64,000 nucleotides of DNA, taken from assembly GCA_013239625.1 (NCBI GenBank), contig MU053881.1, forward strand, positions 6,657,957-6,721,956. Direction: 5' to 3'. The notes below the pieces were generated by a model, which saw nothing but the letters and a program-made list of their open reading frames with translations, was not told the origin of the DNA and searched no databases. Every line of letters starts with the position of its first letter. Position 1 is the first letter of the stretch. Shown here piece after piece: positions 1 through 11,370 of this stretch. The position numbers and the translations under genes were made by a program. The DNA is from Lama guanicoe (lineage: Eukaryota).

Positions 1-39
1 TCTCCACCCTTATCAGAAAGCCAGCAGGCTCTGATTGCC

Positions 40-250
40 AGAGCTAAGAGCCTGGAGTCTACCAGTCCTGGGCTTGAATTTCAGCCTCCACCCTAATAGC
101 TGGGGAGGCTTGGACAAGTGGCTGAGCCTGTTTCCCTGTGTGTTGAATGCAAGTACTCAGACCTGATGGCAGGGTTACTCTAAGACTTAAAGGAAGTAAT
201 GATTCCAACATGCTTAGCATAGCGCCTGGCACACATACAGTCTGATCTCC
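40..250 (+). mobile_element. MIR SINE (degenerate)
   Basis: 'aagagcctggagtct...gggcttgaatttcagcctccacc...ttggacaagtggctgagcctgtttccc...gcttagcatagcgcctggcaca' follows the MIR head/core/tail order. Confidence 0.65.
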
Positions 251-286
251 ACAACAGCTATGAGTGGTCATATCCTCCTCTGCCCA

Positions 287-813
287 TGATGTGGGAAGCC
301 CCATGTAAAAGACGGCAGGACCCTTAGGCAGGGCCATTACTCTCCTTCTAGCACCATTCAGTTAGTTCCCTGGCCCAGTGGCATTATCTCGCTTTTTAAC
401 TCTGAAACCGCCTACTTCTAGGAAAGTGGAACTTACCCCTAAGAGTCTATTGGTTCCTTGAGCTAACTCCTGATTGGTCCATTTGTAGTGCCTCATTTGC
501 ATGGAGCTCACTCCTGATTGGTCCCTTTCTATCACTCCTGATTGGTCTATTCCTACAAAGCTTGTTCCTAATTAGTCACCTTTGTTATACCTTATTTGCA
601 TATGATGTTGCAAAGTATAGACTGGCAGCCTATAAAAACCTGTGTAAACCTACAGACGGGGTCCAGAGCTTGGAGTGTTAACTCCTCTGGGCCCGCCAGC
701 GTAATAAACCTGAGTTCTCCAACTCTCGGAGTGCTGCTTGGTCTCTTGCCAGGATCCAGGTTGCTGACACAACTGAGCTGTAACACCGAGCTATAACACA
801 CTTTGCTGCAACA
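287..813 (+). mobile_element. ERV1-class solo LTR (ERV9/LTR12-like architecture)
   Basis: TG...CA ends (TGATGTG at 287, TGCAACA ending 813); four ATTGG (inverted CCAAT) boxes at 449, 473, 517 and 541 in ctcctgattggtc-type repeats; TATAAAA 631-637; AATAAA 703-708; repeated gagctRtaacac in U5; no PBS or internal sequence downstream. Confidence 0.8.
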
Positions 814-2519
814 CTTAGACCTTCCAGTGACCTCCAAACTCCTAACCACTGCCTGCAAGGCCCGCAGGGCCGGGGTCAGCCTCCTCCTTGGCCTCATTCC
901 CCACCACTCACTCCATCCCTCACTATACCTCGGGCCTGCTATGTCCAGCGATGTTGCTGCCGCCTTGGGGCTTTGCCCGAGCTCCTCCCAAGGTCTGTGA
1001 CACTCGTGTCCCATTTGTGTCCCATTTGGACCCAAGACTGGGTCCAAAGCAACACTGCTGCTCAGTGCCCGTCCCAGTGACTCTGTAACGCGTTGTATTG
1101 TTTTCCTGCCTTTCAAATGCTCTGCACGCTGTGTAATCACTGCAACGGAAGGTGGAGGGACACATCCTGCTGCCCAGGATTTTAGCTGAAGCTTAAAATC
1201 TGTGGACAATGGCTGGGAAATTACCCTCAATAAAGAAATAGGACAAATACATGAACAGAGTTACTGGATGCATGTTAGACTTGCTGAGAGAAAGTGGGGT
1301 TGGTTTTGTGATGCCCACCCCATCCCAGTGTACAGGAGAGGCTAGATGTTTCTAAGGAGACGGAGGAAGGAAATTTGTAGGCGGAAAGAGCACTTTGGAT
1401 TTTTCTCTTTCCCTTCCATGCAGGGGGGCTCCCCTGGGTCACATCCCAGTGATGGGGAGCCAGGAGAACCCCTCCCAGACCTGAGGTGCCCATGTGAAGG
1501 GGACCCATGCCACAGCCAAGGGTCCTGAACTGCAGACACATAGTGTCTTGACAACAGAGCCCCTGAGAGAGAGAGACCGGGGTGGAGCGGGGGATAGGCT
1601 TCCTGTGTCCCTGGGGACTGGGGGGTGTATGTGAGCATAGAGACTGGAGGTTGCATCCCCTGGAGGGTTCAGGAGGCTGGGTCTGTGCTGAAGCAGTCTC
1701 AGGTGGCTGATTACAGAGAGAGGGCAGCTGAGCACTGCCATTTGGTAAGGCGAGGGTTTGCACGTTTCCTGCAGCCAGGGGCGCTGAGGAAGGTAAGCAG
1801 ACTTGAAGCATTTGCTTGAGATCCCCTCCCCTCCCTGCCAAGACGGCTGCTGCCGGCAGAACCCAGGCAGAGAGAGGCTATGAATGACTGAGGGGTGAAG
1901 AGGACCCAGGAGCGGGAGACATGGGGATGTTTACAGAAGCTCAGCTGGCAAGGGGCAACAGATGGACAGGCAGCCCTCCACCAAGGAGCCCCACAAAAGG
2001 GCAGCATTCGGAGGCGGGCAGTATGCCACGGCACAGAACACCACCGTCAGACACGCTGGCCAGGAGAAAATCACCAGCCAAGTCCAAGACCCTTGTCTCT
2101 CCTCTGCCAAGCCTCCCCCTGCCCTGCGCCAGAAGCAGGAAGGGGAGGAAGCGGAGGAGAGCGCGGAAGTGCAGGCCATGCCTCCTCTCCCCCGCCAGCC
2201 CCCCAGGTCCGAGGGCTGGGGCAGGAGAGAAACGTAAAACTGCACGTAAGACCGAAGTTCTAACTGGATGGGACTTCCCGACACTTGAAAATGGAAATTA
2301 TTCCTGGGATGAGAGTGGAAGTGATTGCCAAGCTAGGAGAACAGCCAGAGACGTTGCAAAATCAAGAGGGAGGGCCATGAGAGACGAGAAGATTGAAGAC
2401 AGAGTTTGGAGAAAATGAAGCTCTTTGTTGTTTGTACCCCACTGTGTTTCGACCAGTTAATGAAGCTGTTACCTTCTGGTTCACGGACTTATTAATTCAT
2501 TTCCTGCCTCCCCGCCCTG

Positions 2520-2640
2520 ACTTGACTCTACTCTCCACCAGATCAGGAATCTTCTCGGTCAAGGTCACTGCTGTGTTCCTCGTACCTAGAACCATGGCTG
2601 GCGTATGGTAGATGCTCAATAAATGCATTTTGAATAAAGG
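2520..2640 (+). mobile_element. L2 LINE 3' end fragment
   Basis: 'cactgctgtgttcctcgtacctagaaccatggctggcgtatggtagatgctcaataaatgcattttgaataa' is a typical L2 terminus. Confidence 0.7.
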
Positions 2641-2972
2641 AAAGATGCTCAAATATGTTTATCAATATTGCCATGATCTATTTTATTAAGTTAGTTGAAT
2701 CTACTATTTGATATTTGAGGACTGAGTTTGCCCGCAGTTAAAGTGGCTTGAAATCCCCAGCCCCAGGGGCTGAGAGGTGAGCCAAGTGACTGCCCAGGTC
2801 GGTACATTAGGCAGGGCCCTTTCTCCCAGAGACCACTCACCCGAGGCAGGAGGCCCAGAGCCTCGGAGGTTCTGGGGAGTGGCATGGAGGCTGGGTCCCT
2901 GTGGGGGCTGGCGGCTCAGAGAGCCTTCAACAGGAGCACTTCTGATGCTAGAGCCCGTTAGTCTGCAAGCCA

Positions 2973-2988
2973 CCACCAGAGGGCGCTA
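2973..2988 (+). promoter_or_regulatory. CTCF binding motif (forward)
   Basis: CCACCAGAGGGCGCTA, near-consensus CTCF core. Confidence 0.7.
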
Positions 2989-3122
2989 CTACCCCCATCT
3001 CCAGGTTCAATCCCCCCTGTCCATCCTCACAGCCCCTTGCATCCCACACTTCTTTCGTGGAACTCGATGGAGCAGTTTCCACATTTGCTTTGTGTAAGGG
3101 GAGAGGGTTGGGGGAAGGAGGG

Positions 3123-3541
3123 TGTTTTAGTTTTTTAGGGCTGCAGTAACAAAGTACCGCAAACCGGAGTGGCTTAAAACAACAGAAATTTATTCTCTCC
3201 CGGTGCCAGAGTCTAGAAGTCTGAAGTCACTGTGTCAGCTGGGCCATGCTCCCTCTGAAGGCTGTAGGAAAAAAATCCTTTCTCGCCTCTTCTAGCTTCT
3301 GGGGGCCCTGTGTTCCTCCAGCAGAACGTCATCTCTGCCTCCGTCTTCACATGACCATCTTCTCTGTGTCTTTTCTACTGATAAGGATGCCAGTCATTGA
3401 ATTTAGGGGCCACTCCTAAGTCCAGGATGACTTCATCTTGAGATACTTAATTCAATCTGCAAAGACCCTATTTCCAAATAAGGTCACATTTTGAGGTTCT
3501 GGGTGGACATGGATTTTGGGGAGACAGTACTCAACCCAACA
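3123..3541 (-). mobile_element. MaLR LTR, MLT1A/B/C-like
   Basis: 'agggctgcagtaacaaagtaccgcaaac...ggcttaaaacaacagaaatttattctctc...gcaaagaccctatttccaaataaggtcacatt...tcaaccca' is the reverse complement of an MLT1 LTR. Confidence 0.88.
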
Positions 3542-3579
3542 AGAAGGACTCTTGATTGAGGACCTATTTTGTCTGAGGG

Positions 3580-3770
3580 CCTGGGCGACCCACCTGCATC
3601 CTCTACTTTCCATTATGTTCCAACAAACTGCGAGGCATGCGTTATTGTTTCTGTTTTCCTTCCAGAAGAGGAAACTGAGGCTCAGAGAGGCTCCCTGCCT
3701 TGCTACAAGTCACATGGCTGAGGAAGCAGGGTTGAGCTCAGGGCTATCAGACTCCAAAGCCGTCTATACT
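3580..3770 (-). mobile_element. MIR SINE
   Basis: 'cagaagaggaaactgaggctcagagagg...ccttgctacaagtcaca' MIR core (antisense). Confidence 0.75.
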
Positions 3771-4129
3771 GATTTATGAGCAGCTTGAGGACAGGGGTTT
3801 GGCCTTATTCATTTTTTCATCTCTCTTCTCCCATCATTTCTGGAGCCAGTGCTCTGCATATTGATAACTCTGAAAACTGATAAAACAAGGGGGACCACTG
3901 ACCTTGAGAAAGACCTAGAGCCGGCATATTACTGACTTGGGTGGTGAATCTTATGGCTGCTGGATGTGTGGCTGGTCACCCTCCACAGACCTCCCCCAAA
4001 CCCTGCTCTGTGCTGACAAGTGAGCCTGTCTCTTATCACCTAGCTGCTTCCGCTCCACCACAAAATCTTGCAGCCTCTATAATCTTAGATCCATGCTAGC
4101 CCTGGAAAACAGGAAGGGCAACCATAGTA

Positions 4130-4340
4130 ATAATCAAATATAAACAACAACTACAATTTGGAAATGCCTACTACCACAGGCTCTCAGCCAGGTGTTTTAT
4201 ACATGTGATGTCTAGAAATTTTCACAACAGCCTACAGAGAGGAGTATCATTATCCCCATTTTTCAGATGGGAAAACTGAGCCTCAGAGAGGTGATGTGAC
4301 TTTGGAAGCTTGGAAGAACCAGAGCCTGGCTTCTGATGTT
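4130..4340 (-). mobile_element. MIR SINE
   Basis: 'cattatccccatttttcagatgggaaaactgagcctcagagaggtgatgtgactt'. Confidence 0.8.
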
Positions 4341-4699
4341 GGTGTTCTTTCTGCAGCCCTATTTGCATCTTTCCAGCTTCCCTGCCACTGCCTCCTAGTG
4401 TGACCAGGAGACGGACACCTCTGTACGACAGCAGATTCCCTGGGCAAAAGAAGCAAGTGGAAGAATCCAGGAAAACAAGAGTGTCCAGGTTGTGAGCCAG
4501 GAGGATTCCCAGGTCCATGGGGAGGGCCCCTACACTGCTCTGAGTTTTAAATGACTTCAGAGAGAACAAACATCGTTCCCTGAAGAGCCAATTAATGCAA
4601 GTGAATTTGCATATCTAAATTGGTTCATGAAAATTGTAATCAGCTCCCAGCGGGCTTGAGGCTGGGTTCAGGAGTGTTGAATACCTGAAGAAGATTTTT

Positions 4700-5120
4700 G
4701 TGTTAGTTAAGAAGCTTTTTTGTTTTATTTCTCCCAAAATTTAACTGTGTCTGGGCTTGAGAAAAAGAGGGAATTCACTGGCTCATGGAGCTAAGAAATC
4801 CAGACATAGATCAGGCTTCAGGCATGGTTTGATCAGAACTTCAGTATCATTTTCTATGATGCTTTCTCCCTCCCCAAATTAGTTTTGTTTTCATAGCTGG
4901 TCCCTCCAAAATGGCTGCAGCAGCCCAAGCTCTCACTTTTACACCACACTCCTTCTAGAGAAAGCTTTTCTCTTTCTGAACAACAAGCCAGATTTCTAAG
5001 CTTAAATCTTATCAAACAGGTCAGGCACCTTCCTTGAACCAATGATTAAGGCCAAGGGAACTAATGGAATTAAATTGCTGAGTTAAGCCCAGTGGAGATC
5101 ACTCCCAGCTGGAGGTGGGA
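4700..5120 (-). mobile_element. MaLR LTR, MLT1K/L-like (old)
   Basis: 'gaattcactggctcat...ggcttcaggcatggtttgatcag...caaaatggctgcagcagc...ccttgaaccaatga' are typical old MLT1 motifs. Confidence 0.6.
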
Positions 5121-6814
5121 TGATGACATCTTGGTTGCTACGGAATAGGGAAAAGGTGGGGTAGGTGTTGGAAGACCGCCAACATCCACTACAAAGATCT
5201 CCACGGGGAAGGAAAATGGCACTGACATCCTTTGAGCATCTGCTATGAGCCAGCCCCTGCATGGCAGGAGTTTTTATTTCTATCATCAAAATGAGTAAAT
5301 TGAGACGCAGAGGTTTGCAGTTCATCACACTCTTGATGTTATGGATGGACTCTGGGTCCAAACCTTGGGCTGTTTGCCCCTGCCATCTGCCGAGGGGGTT
5401 CTGGCTCTGTTGCCTCCCCTTCCACTATTTCCTTCTTTAGACTCTGTGCCCTTGCTTCCACGTGGAACTCTGTGATAGTGGAATGCTGGCACCGAGGTCT
5501 CAAGATTCCCAACTGAAAGGTGGACGGAATCCAGCATTAACAGTGCTAGGAAACTGTAGGATCCTCTAATTTTCCTTACTGCCGTGAATCAACATTTCCC
5601 TTATCAGAGTGGTAGGTAAAGGCACAGAGAGGGCAAGACGTTTTATTAAGGTCACACAGCAACCAATGAAGGGGCAAGAAGAGCAACAGCTGGAAGGCCT
5701 GTGTTCTAATCATCTTTTGTCTCAATTGCTTGCAATTGCTCCTTGTGTTCTGGGCTAAAGCACAGCATGTAGTGTTTCTACACCTGGAGCTGGTGGACGC
5801 TGCTGGCGCCCTCGGCCAGGCTTCACAAATGGGAATCACCCTGGCCAAGTCACCTTCACCCCAGGTCTGCTTTTGAGCTCCTCGGGGCCTACTAGAAACT
5901 CCCTCCGATCCTATGCGCCTCCAGATTAGAGGCTCCCAGGATGTCATCTGCATCCACCATCTCTTTAAACATCATACCTGCCCTGTGAGAGGCAGGTGAC
6001 ACAGAGGAGTGAGCCGAGGCTCAGAGGGTTCAGCCACTTGCCCAAGGCTATGAGCCAAGCTATGACCTGGGTCTGTCCGACACCAGGGCCCGACTGTGCC
6101 ACTTCTGGGATGGCACTGGGAAAGGACGTGAAGGGGAGGTGGTGTTACAGCTGTGCTCTGGAGGATGAGGGATAAGCTAAGTTATTAAAGGGTCCCCTCA
6201 CTGTACAGTGCTTTTCAGATTAGCATGGTATTGCCCATAGACTCACCAACATGCCCACTCGCACGCTCATCCATCCACCCCTGCATGACGATTTACTGAG
6301 CACCCACCATGTGCCGGGCAGCACTGCCCAACTTCTGGGGACACAGTGGTGGGATACAGTGATAGCCAAAAATAGGGTCTCTGTCCTTACAAGGCTTCTG
6401 GTTATATGATGTCTCCACAACAGTGTGAGGAAGGCCAGATGTCAAACTGTCACCCCCATTTGACTGACTAGGAAACTGGGGCTTAGCCAAGTGATGTGAC
6501 TGGTCCAAGGTCACACACATTAAGTGAGTGACATTACTAAGATCTGAACGTCGGTTTTCCAACCCCCTCAGTTACATCGCCCTGCACACCAATGAGATGG
6601 CAAAGGAGAAGATGTTGGCTTGCTTTCTCTTCTCCTTTCTTCCTTCCCCCCTCCCTCAGCCCCTCCCTCCCTTCCTTGCTTTCTTGGCTTAGAAAATGCA
6701 GAGAGGATGGCGCATTCTTACTAGGCTCTATGTGGAGAGTCGCAGCCATCAGGGACTCTGTCCAGGCCTGGGGACCCTCTCTGAGCCCCCAGAACTTTGG
6801 AACCAAGGTCTTTT

Positions 6815-6990
6815 ACAGAGAAGCTATTAGCATGCGTGTAAGTCATTGCAGCCAACCCGGGGTTTTTAATCAGGCAGCATTTAAACTGTCCGATTTTGTC
6901 TGTGATTTTGCCGGATGTTTACATCATTTGTAATGAGACAAACTGGGACAAATTGCCAAGGACACTTATGTAAATGAAACCAACAGGAAC
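6815..6990. promoter_or_regulatory. Candidate conserved non-coding element / enhancer
   Basis: Repeat-free, AT-richer than its flanks, with TAATC, TGTTTAC and GTAAAT (forkhead) and TAATG motifs; conservation not tested. Confidence 0.4.
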
Positions 6991-7914
6991 GCTTCCGTCT
7001 CTGGGGGTCTGTGGACAGCTTCCTTCACTTTCTTGTTCCTTTCTCTCCAGGGATGTTGTAGGGGAAAAACGGTACTTTATATTCTGAGAAACTTCTCCCG
7101 GGGCAAACAGGATGTTCCTTGTAAGACAACCGCTTTACATCTCTGGTTGTGATCCTCTCCTTCGTCTTATTTACTCCCTAACCCACCTCGATGGAAAAGT
7201 AATGGCGTGATAAATGCAATCGTGTAAACTTTCTCTGTCGTCCCCTGCAAGTGAGTGGCTCAGGTCTGCACTTGCTGGAGTTTGTCTGCAGACGCTTTGG
7301 AGGATTCCTCATTCAATTAAGTCTGGGAAACAGTGCTGCTAAAGTTAACCCAGAGTCTTTCCTGCATGACCTCCTACTGCTAATGAGCAACTAGCGTCTC
7401 CCAGAACACACGTGGCTTATAGGAGACCTTTTATGGAATCAGTCATGAGCAGAACCAGCTTTGGAAAAAGCCCTGTGAACACGGTCTCCAGGAGGCCCTG
7501 CTAAAACACAGCCTCTTTGGCAGCAGCCCAGACCCCTTCTGGTCTATTACACTTCGTAAGTTTGGCTCCTGATAAGCCAGATTCTGGAGGGTGAGGTCCC
7601 GATCCAAGTGGGCAACGTGGCTAAGGAATACGGGCGCCAGAGGACCGTGGTGTGCGGGCCTGGAGGGGCAACGTCTGTCCTCAGCCAAGCATCCACTCAC
7701 CTTAATCTGCTGGCCTTGGCGACAGCGTGTACCTTCTGGTCCCCTGGCCTCTGCTCCTGCTATGGCCTCTGGTCTCTAAGCCTTTCTCCTTCTCTCCACA
7801 CTTTGCAGTGAAGGCACATTATCCTGTTATCTCATCTTATCTTCCCATCCAGACTTGAGGTCTTCAGGATGGAGACCCTGAGTTAATCTTGAGATCCTTA
7901 CTCTCCAGCCCAGG

Positions 7915-8340
7915 GTGAATAATTATTGCATGTTTACTAGGTACCAGATCCTGGGCCCTAGAGGTGCCGAGACAAATGAGATGTGGACCCTGCCCAGAAG
8001 AACATGCTGCTTAGTGGAGGCGACAGGCAGGAAACCATAGTTACAATCAGTGTGATCACTGGGGTGATGGGGACGTCCAGTCAAAGGGTGGAGGCAGGAT
8101 AGAGGGACCCTCCCCAGCCTGGGGACATCCAGGAAGGCTGTTTTCCAGAGGATAAGCAGTGGCATGAGGGACAAGTAGGAGGTAGAAGTGTGTTCCAGGC
8201 AGATGGAACAGCATGGAACAGCCTGGGCTAAGGCCCAGAGGCAAGAGAGAGCACACTGGTTTAAGGAACTGGACGAAGGTCAGTGTGCTTCTGGGGGTGG
8301 GGGTGCATGAGAAATGCAGAGACTAATGAATGCCAGGTTG
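7915..8340 (-). mobile_element. L2 LINE fragment
   Basis: 'tattgcatgtttactaggtaccag...ccctgccc...acaatcagtgtgat...ccaggaaggct...gttccaggcagatggaacagcatg...tttaaggaactg' L2 antisense signature. Confidence 0.75.
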
Positions 8341-8567
8341 GGTATCTGAGGAAGAGGATGCCGAAAAAGGGAGCTCCAAACCCTGCTCCTTTTACATGCA
8401 GAGGGAAGCTTGGGCTAGAGGGAGGGCTTCACATCACAGCTCATTAAATGCGCAGACATGAAAACAAAGACCCAGCCCCCTTACCCAGCCCCTACCTGAG
8501 TACCTGGGTCCTGCGAGGCCTTGCCTCCCCCCCCCCGCCCCTGCCCCACTGGCTCTGGGCAAGACAA

Positions 8568-8638
8568 GGAAGGAAGGAAGGGAGGAAGAAGGGAAGGAAG
8601 GAAAGAAGGAAGGAATAAAGAAAGGAAGGAAGAAAGAG

Positions 8639-8709
<71 letters not shown>

Positions 8710-8714
8710 AAAAG
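8568..8714 (+). repeat. Compound (GGAA)n/(GAAA)n microsatellite
   Basis: Imperfect GGAA units followed by a long perfect GAAA run. Confidence 0.97.
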
Positions 8715-8719
8715 AACGT

Positions 8720-9075
8720 CAGCCTTTCTCCTTGCTGTTCCCTCCGCCTAAAACATTTCCCCTAGATTTATTAAAATCTCAGCTTATTAAAACCTCTCCT
8801 CAGATGCTCAGGGGTCATCTCTGATGAGAGATGCTCTCTGAACACCAGCTCTAGAATCAGCCCCCAGCCTTCTCTGCCTCCCTCCCGCTTTATTTTCCCT
8901 CCTCTGTACTTATTGCCGCCTGACATTCTATCAACTTGGTCATCATCCGCCTTAACTACTACGATGTAATATAAAAGCTCCTCGGAGGCAGGCCCTTTTT
9001 GCTGATTCCCAGTGCGGAGCTCCGTGCCTGGCCTGCACTAGGTAGGTGCTCGATAGAAGCTGTTGATTGAATAAA
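8720..9075 (+). mobile_element. L2 LINE 3' end
   Basis: 'cttgctgttccctccgcctaaaaca...gctttattttcc...aagctcctcggaggcagg...gtgcctggcctgcactaggtaggtgctcgatag...tgttgattgaataa'. Confidence 0.75.
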
Positions 9076-9429
9076 GAAACAAAAGACCTTCCATATGTAT
9101 TGTCTCAACAAATTCTCCAAACCACCCTAAAGAGTCAGAAACACAATCCTCGTGTTTCTGGGGAAGACTCAGCAGGGGAAATGCTTGGGTAGGGTCCTCT
9201 CCCTTCCTTGGCCATTGGTGGAGCCAGGATGCGAATCCAAATGTGCAGATTTTTACCTCTCCCAGCTTAATAAAGCCCTATTAAGCATACACTATAGTTC
9301 TCCAAAGGCTTCCTCCCCTACTAAAGTGGCCCTGTTCCCAAACGTGTTGTTCCGTCTCTTCCAAGGCGATGCAGCTCCCTGAACTTTCTGGGGGGGGGGA
9401 GGGGAATAACAGAACAACTGAAATGAAAT

Positions 9430-9610
9430 AAATAATTATAATGTACTGTGCGCTCACTGTGTGCCAGTCGCTGTGCTAAGGACGTTACTTGCACCGACTC
9501 AGTTAATCCTCACAACAACCTATGAGATGGGGTTGTTATGATCCCATCCTACAGGTGAAGAAACTGAGGCAGCTCAAGGCCCCAGCAGTAGGTGGTGAGG
9601 TCTGGACTCA
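9430..9610 (-). mobile_element. MIR SINE
   Basis: 'taatcctcacaacaacctatgagatggg...cccatcctacaggtgaagaaactgaggc'. Confidence 0.85.
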
Positions 9611-9703
9611 GGCACGGGCAGCTGGGCTCGGAGCGGCGCTCCTCTGTTCTCATGGCCGTGCAGGGGTCCGGAGGGCAGAGGAGTCTCCTTTCGCCCTTCG
9701 CCA

Positions 9704-9718
9704 GCCTCCATCTGGTGG
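9704..9718 (-). promoter_or_regulatory. CTCF-like motif (reverse)
   Basis: Reverse complement CCACCAGATGGAGGC. Confidence 0.45.
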
Positions 9719-9754
9719 GAAACCTCAGGCTGCTGGGAACTTCTCTGCGAGGAA

Positions 9755-9975
9755 CTGGTGAGATCATGATTGTGATGGCAATGTGTTTTTTTTTTTTCCC
9801 TAGGGCAGACAATTAATCAAGAAGTATTAATGAAAATGCCAGCTCCATTATTGCAGAAACGTAAGTAATTTATTGGGAATTGGACTTGGGCCATTAAAAT
9901 GTTATTACAGGCTTGTCAGTCGGCGCTCCATGTGCTTCTGCTAAGGAGCCACTGTCTTAATGAAATTGTTCTGTG
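9755..9975. promoter_or_regulatory. Candidate conserved non-coding element / enhancer
   Basis: Repeat-free block with many TAAT/ATTA cores (caattaatca, tattaatg, gtaatttatt, ccattaaa, cttaatg) and TGTCA (TALE); conservation not tested. Confidence 0.45.
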
Positions 9976-10387
9976 CTGCGGACTCGGAGCTGACGGGGCC
10001 TGTGTGTACTGTGCCAGCGACGGTGACATTAGGTCCCCAGGGTGGGCAAAGCAGCGTTCATGTCCGTCCTGTGTTAAGGATCTGTGAAGCTCCTACTGTG
10101 TGCCAGGCACTGAGATGGGGAGCGAACCACGGAGACGCAGGCTCTGCTCTCCAGGGGCTTGTAAACTCAGGATGGAAACATGTACGTAAAGACGGCGATG
10201 TGAGAGTGCAGGAAACTAGCACACGCAGGGACATTAGAAAGCTCAATTCTGGCTAAAGGTGGATGGGAGGCTTCCTGGAAGAGGCGTCACTATGGAAAAA
10301 GAATTTCTGCCCCAAAGTTGCCTCCCTCCCCCGAAAATCTGATGGGACTGTGAGTAGAAATTGGTTAACTGAGGGTTTAGTGTGCAC

Positions 10388-10629
10388 CATGTGTTCTCAA
10401 TGGGGATGATAGTATCTCAGGGAGAAGGTGGGTAAAAACTGGCTCTTTTGGGTGCAGGCGGTGCATGAAAAAAATTTCAATCCTTTTTATGTTTAAAGCA
10501 CAGGTATACATACAGTAGATAAATAGGTATAGAGCATATTTTTGGTATTAAAATTTCATGGTAGGGGGGAAGAAGATTAAGGGCAAAAATGCCTAAAGAG
10601 AAGGTAAGGAAGAAAAAATTGAGAGCCCG
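10388..10629. mobile_element. hAT-Charlie MITE (MER112/Charlie4-like) with 8-bp TSD
   Basis: Degenerate TIRs (catgtgttctcaa ... ttgagagcccg); internal 'aaagcacaggtatacatacagta...ggtattaaaatttcatgg'; TSD gtgtgcac (10380-10387) / gtgtgcaa (10630-10637). Confidence 0.78.
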
Positions 10630-11280
10630 GTGTGCAACCAGCACTTGGACTATGGCTCCCAGCACGAAGACGGCATGAGTGTGTCCTCCAGGCCATCCGG
10701 CTGACAGGAAACTGCAGGGGTTAGAGCCCACAGTGAGGAGGTGGGACTGAAGCTTCAGCCAGCCTAGACGCTGGCCAACCAACCTGACAGCTTCACTTTC
10801 ACCTTTTCTCCCATCCGTGCCCAGTGGAATCCTGTCGGTGGCCCCACCAGCAAGGTCTCTGGCTTTCCTCTTGGCTGTGGCAAAGTTTGGGAAGCAGATG
10901 AAGGCAATTCTCAGGGACTGACACTCCTTCCCAGCCAGCTGCCCTGATCTGCTTTGTGACACAGCCATATGGAAAGGTCTTCCCTCAACCATCCCATCCC
11001 AGATGGCCTCTGAGACTTAACTGATTGTTATTCGGGAACTGGGTGTTTCAGCTCATCAGCTCTCTTGTGGGCAGAGCTGAGCAACCTCCTGTTAAGCACA
11101 CTCGGTCTACTCATTCAGTTCAGGCTGCTACACACATGGTGTTTCCCCTCCTGGGTCACAAAGAGCCAGCCAGCCCCTGCTGACGACTGACCAGGGATGG
11201 CCTTCTCTTTTGGAGAAGCCCTTTGTTGCCCTTTCTGATCTAACAGACCTTCTTCTAACGTGTCTACACGTTATTCATTC

Positions 11281-11370
11281 TATCAGTCAGGATAGGCTAG
11301 GATCTGCTGCAGTAACAAACAACCCCCAAATCTCAATGACTCAAAATAACAAAGGTTCATTTCTAGTTCT
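11281..11370 (-). mobile_element. MLT1 LTR terminal fragment
   Basis: 'tatcagtcaggataggctagg...ctgcagtaacaaacaacccccaaatctcaatgactcaaaataacaaagg'. Confidence 0.75.

Noticed and set aside
449..560. CRISPR-like spaced direct repeats (ctcctgattggtc)
   Set aside because: Short, irregularly spaced LTR U3 enhancer repeats in mammalian DNA; no cas genes
280..820. TSD for the solo LTR
   Set aside because: Flanks ccca and ctta do not match well, so the LTR boundaries remain provisional
592..1230. 212-aa minus-strand ORF
   Set aside because: Runs antisense through the solo LTR, has a non-ATG start and resembles no protein I recognise
2995..3030. tRNA or tRNA-derived SINE
   Set aside because: Only a B-box-like 11-mer; no A-box, cloverleaf or tail
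8521..8751. Lys/Glu/Arg-rich 76-aa ORF
   Set aside because: Translation of the GAAA microsatellite
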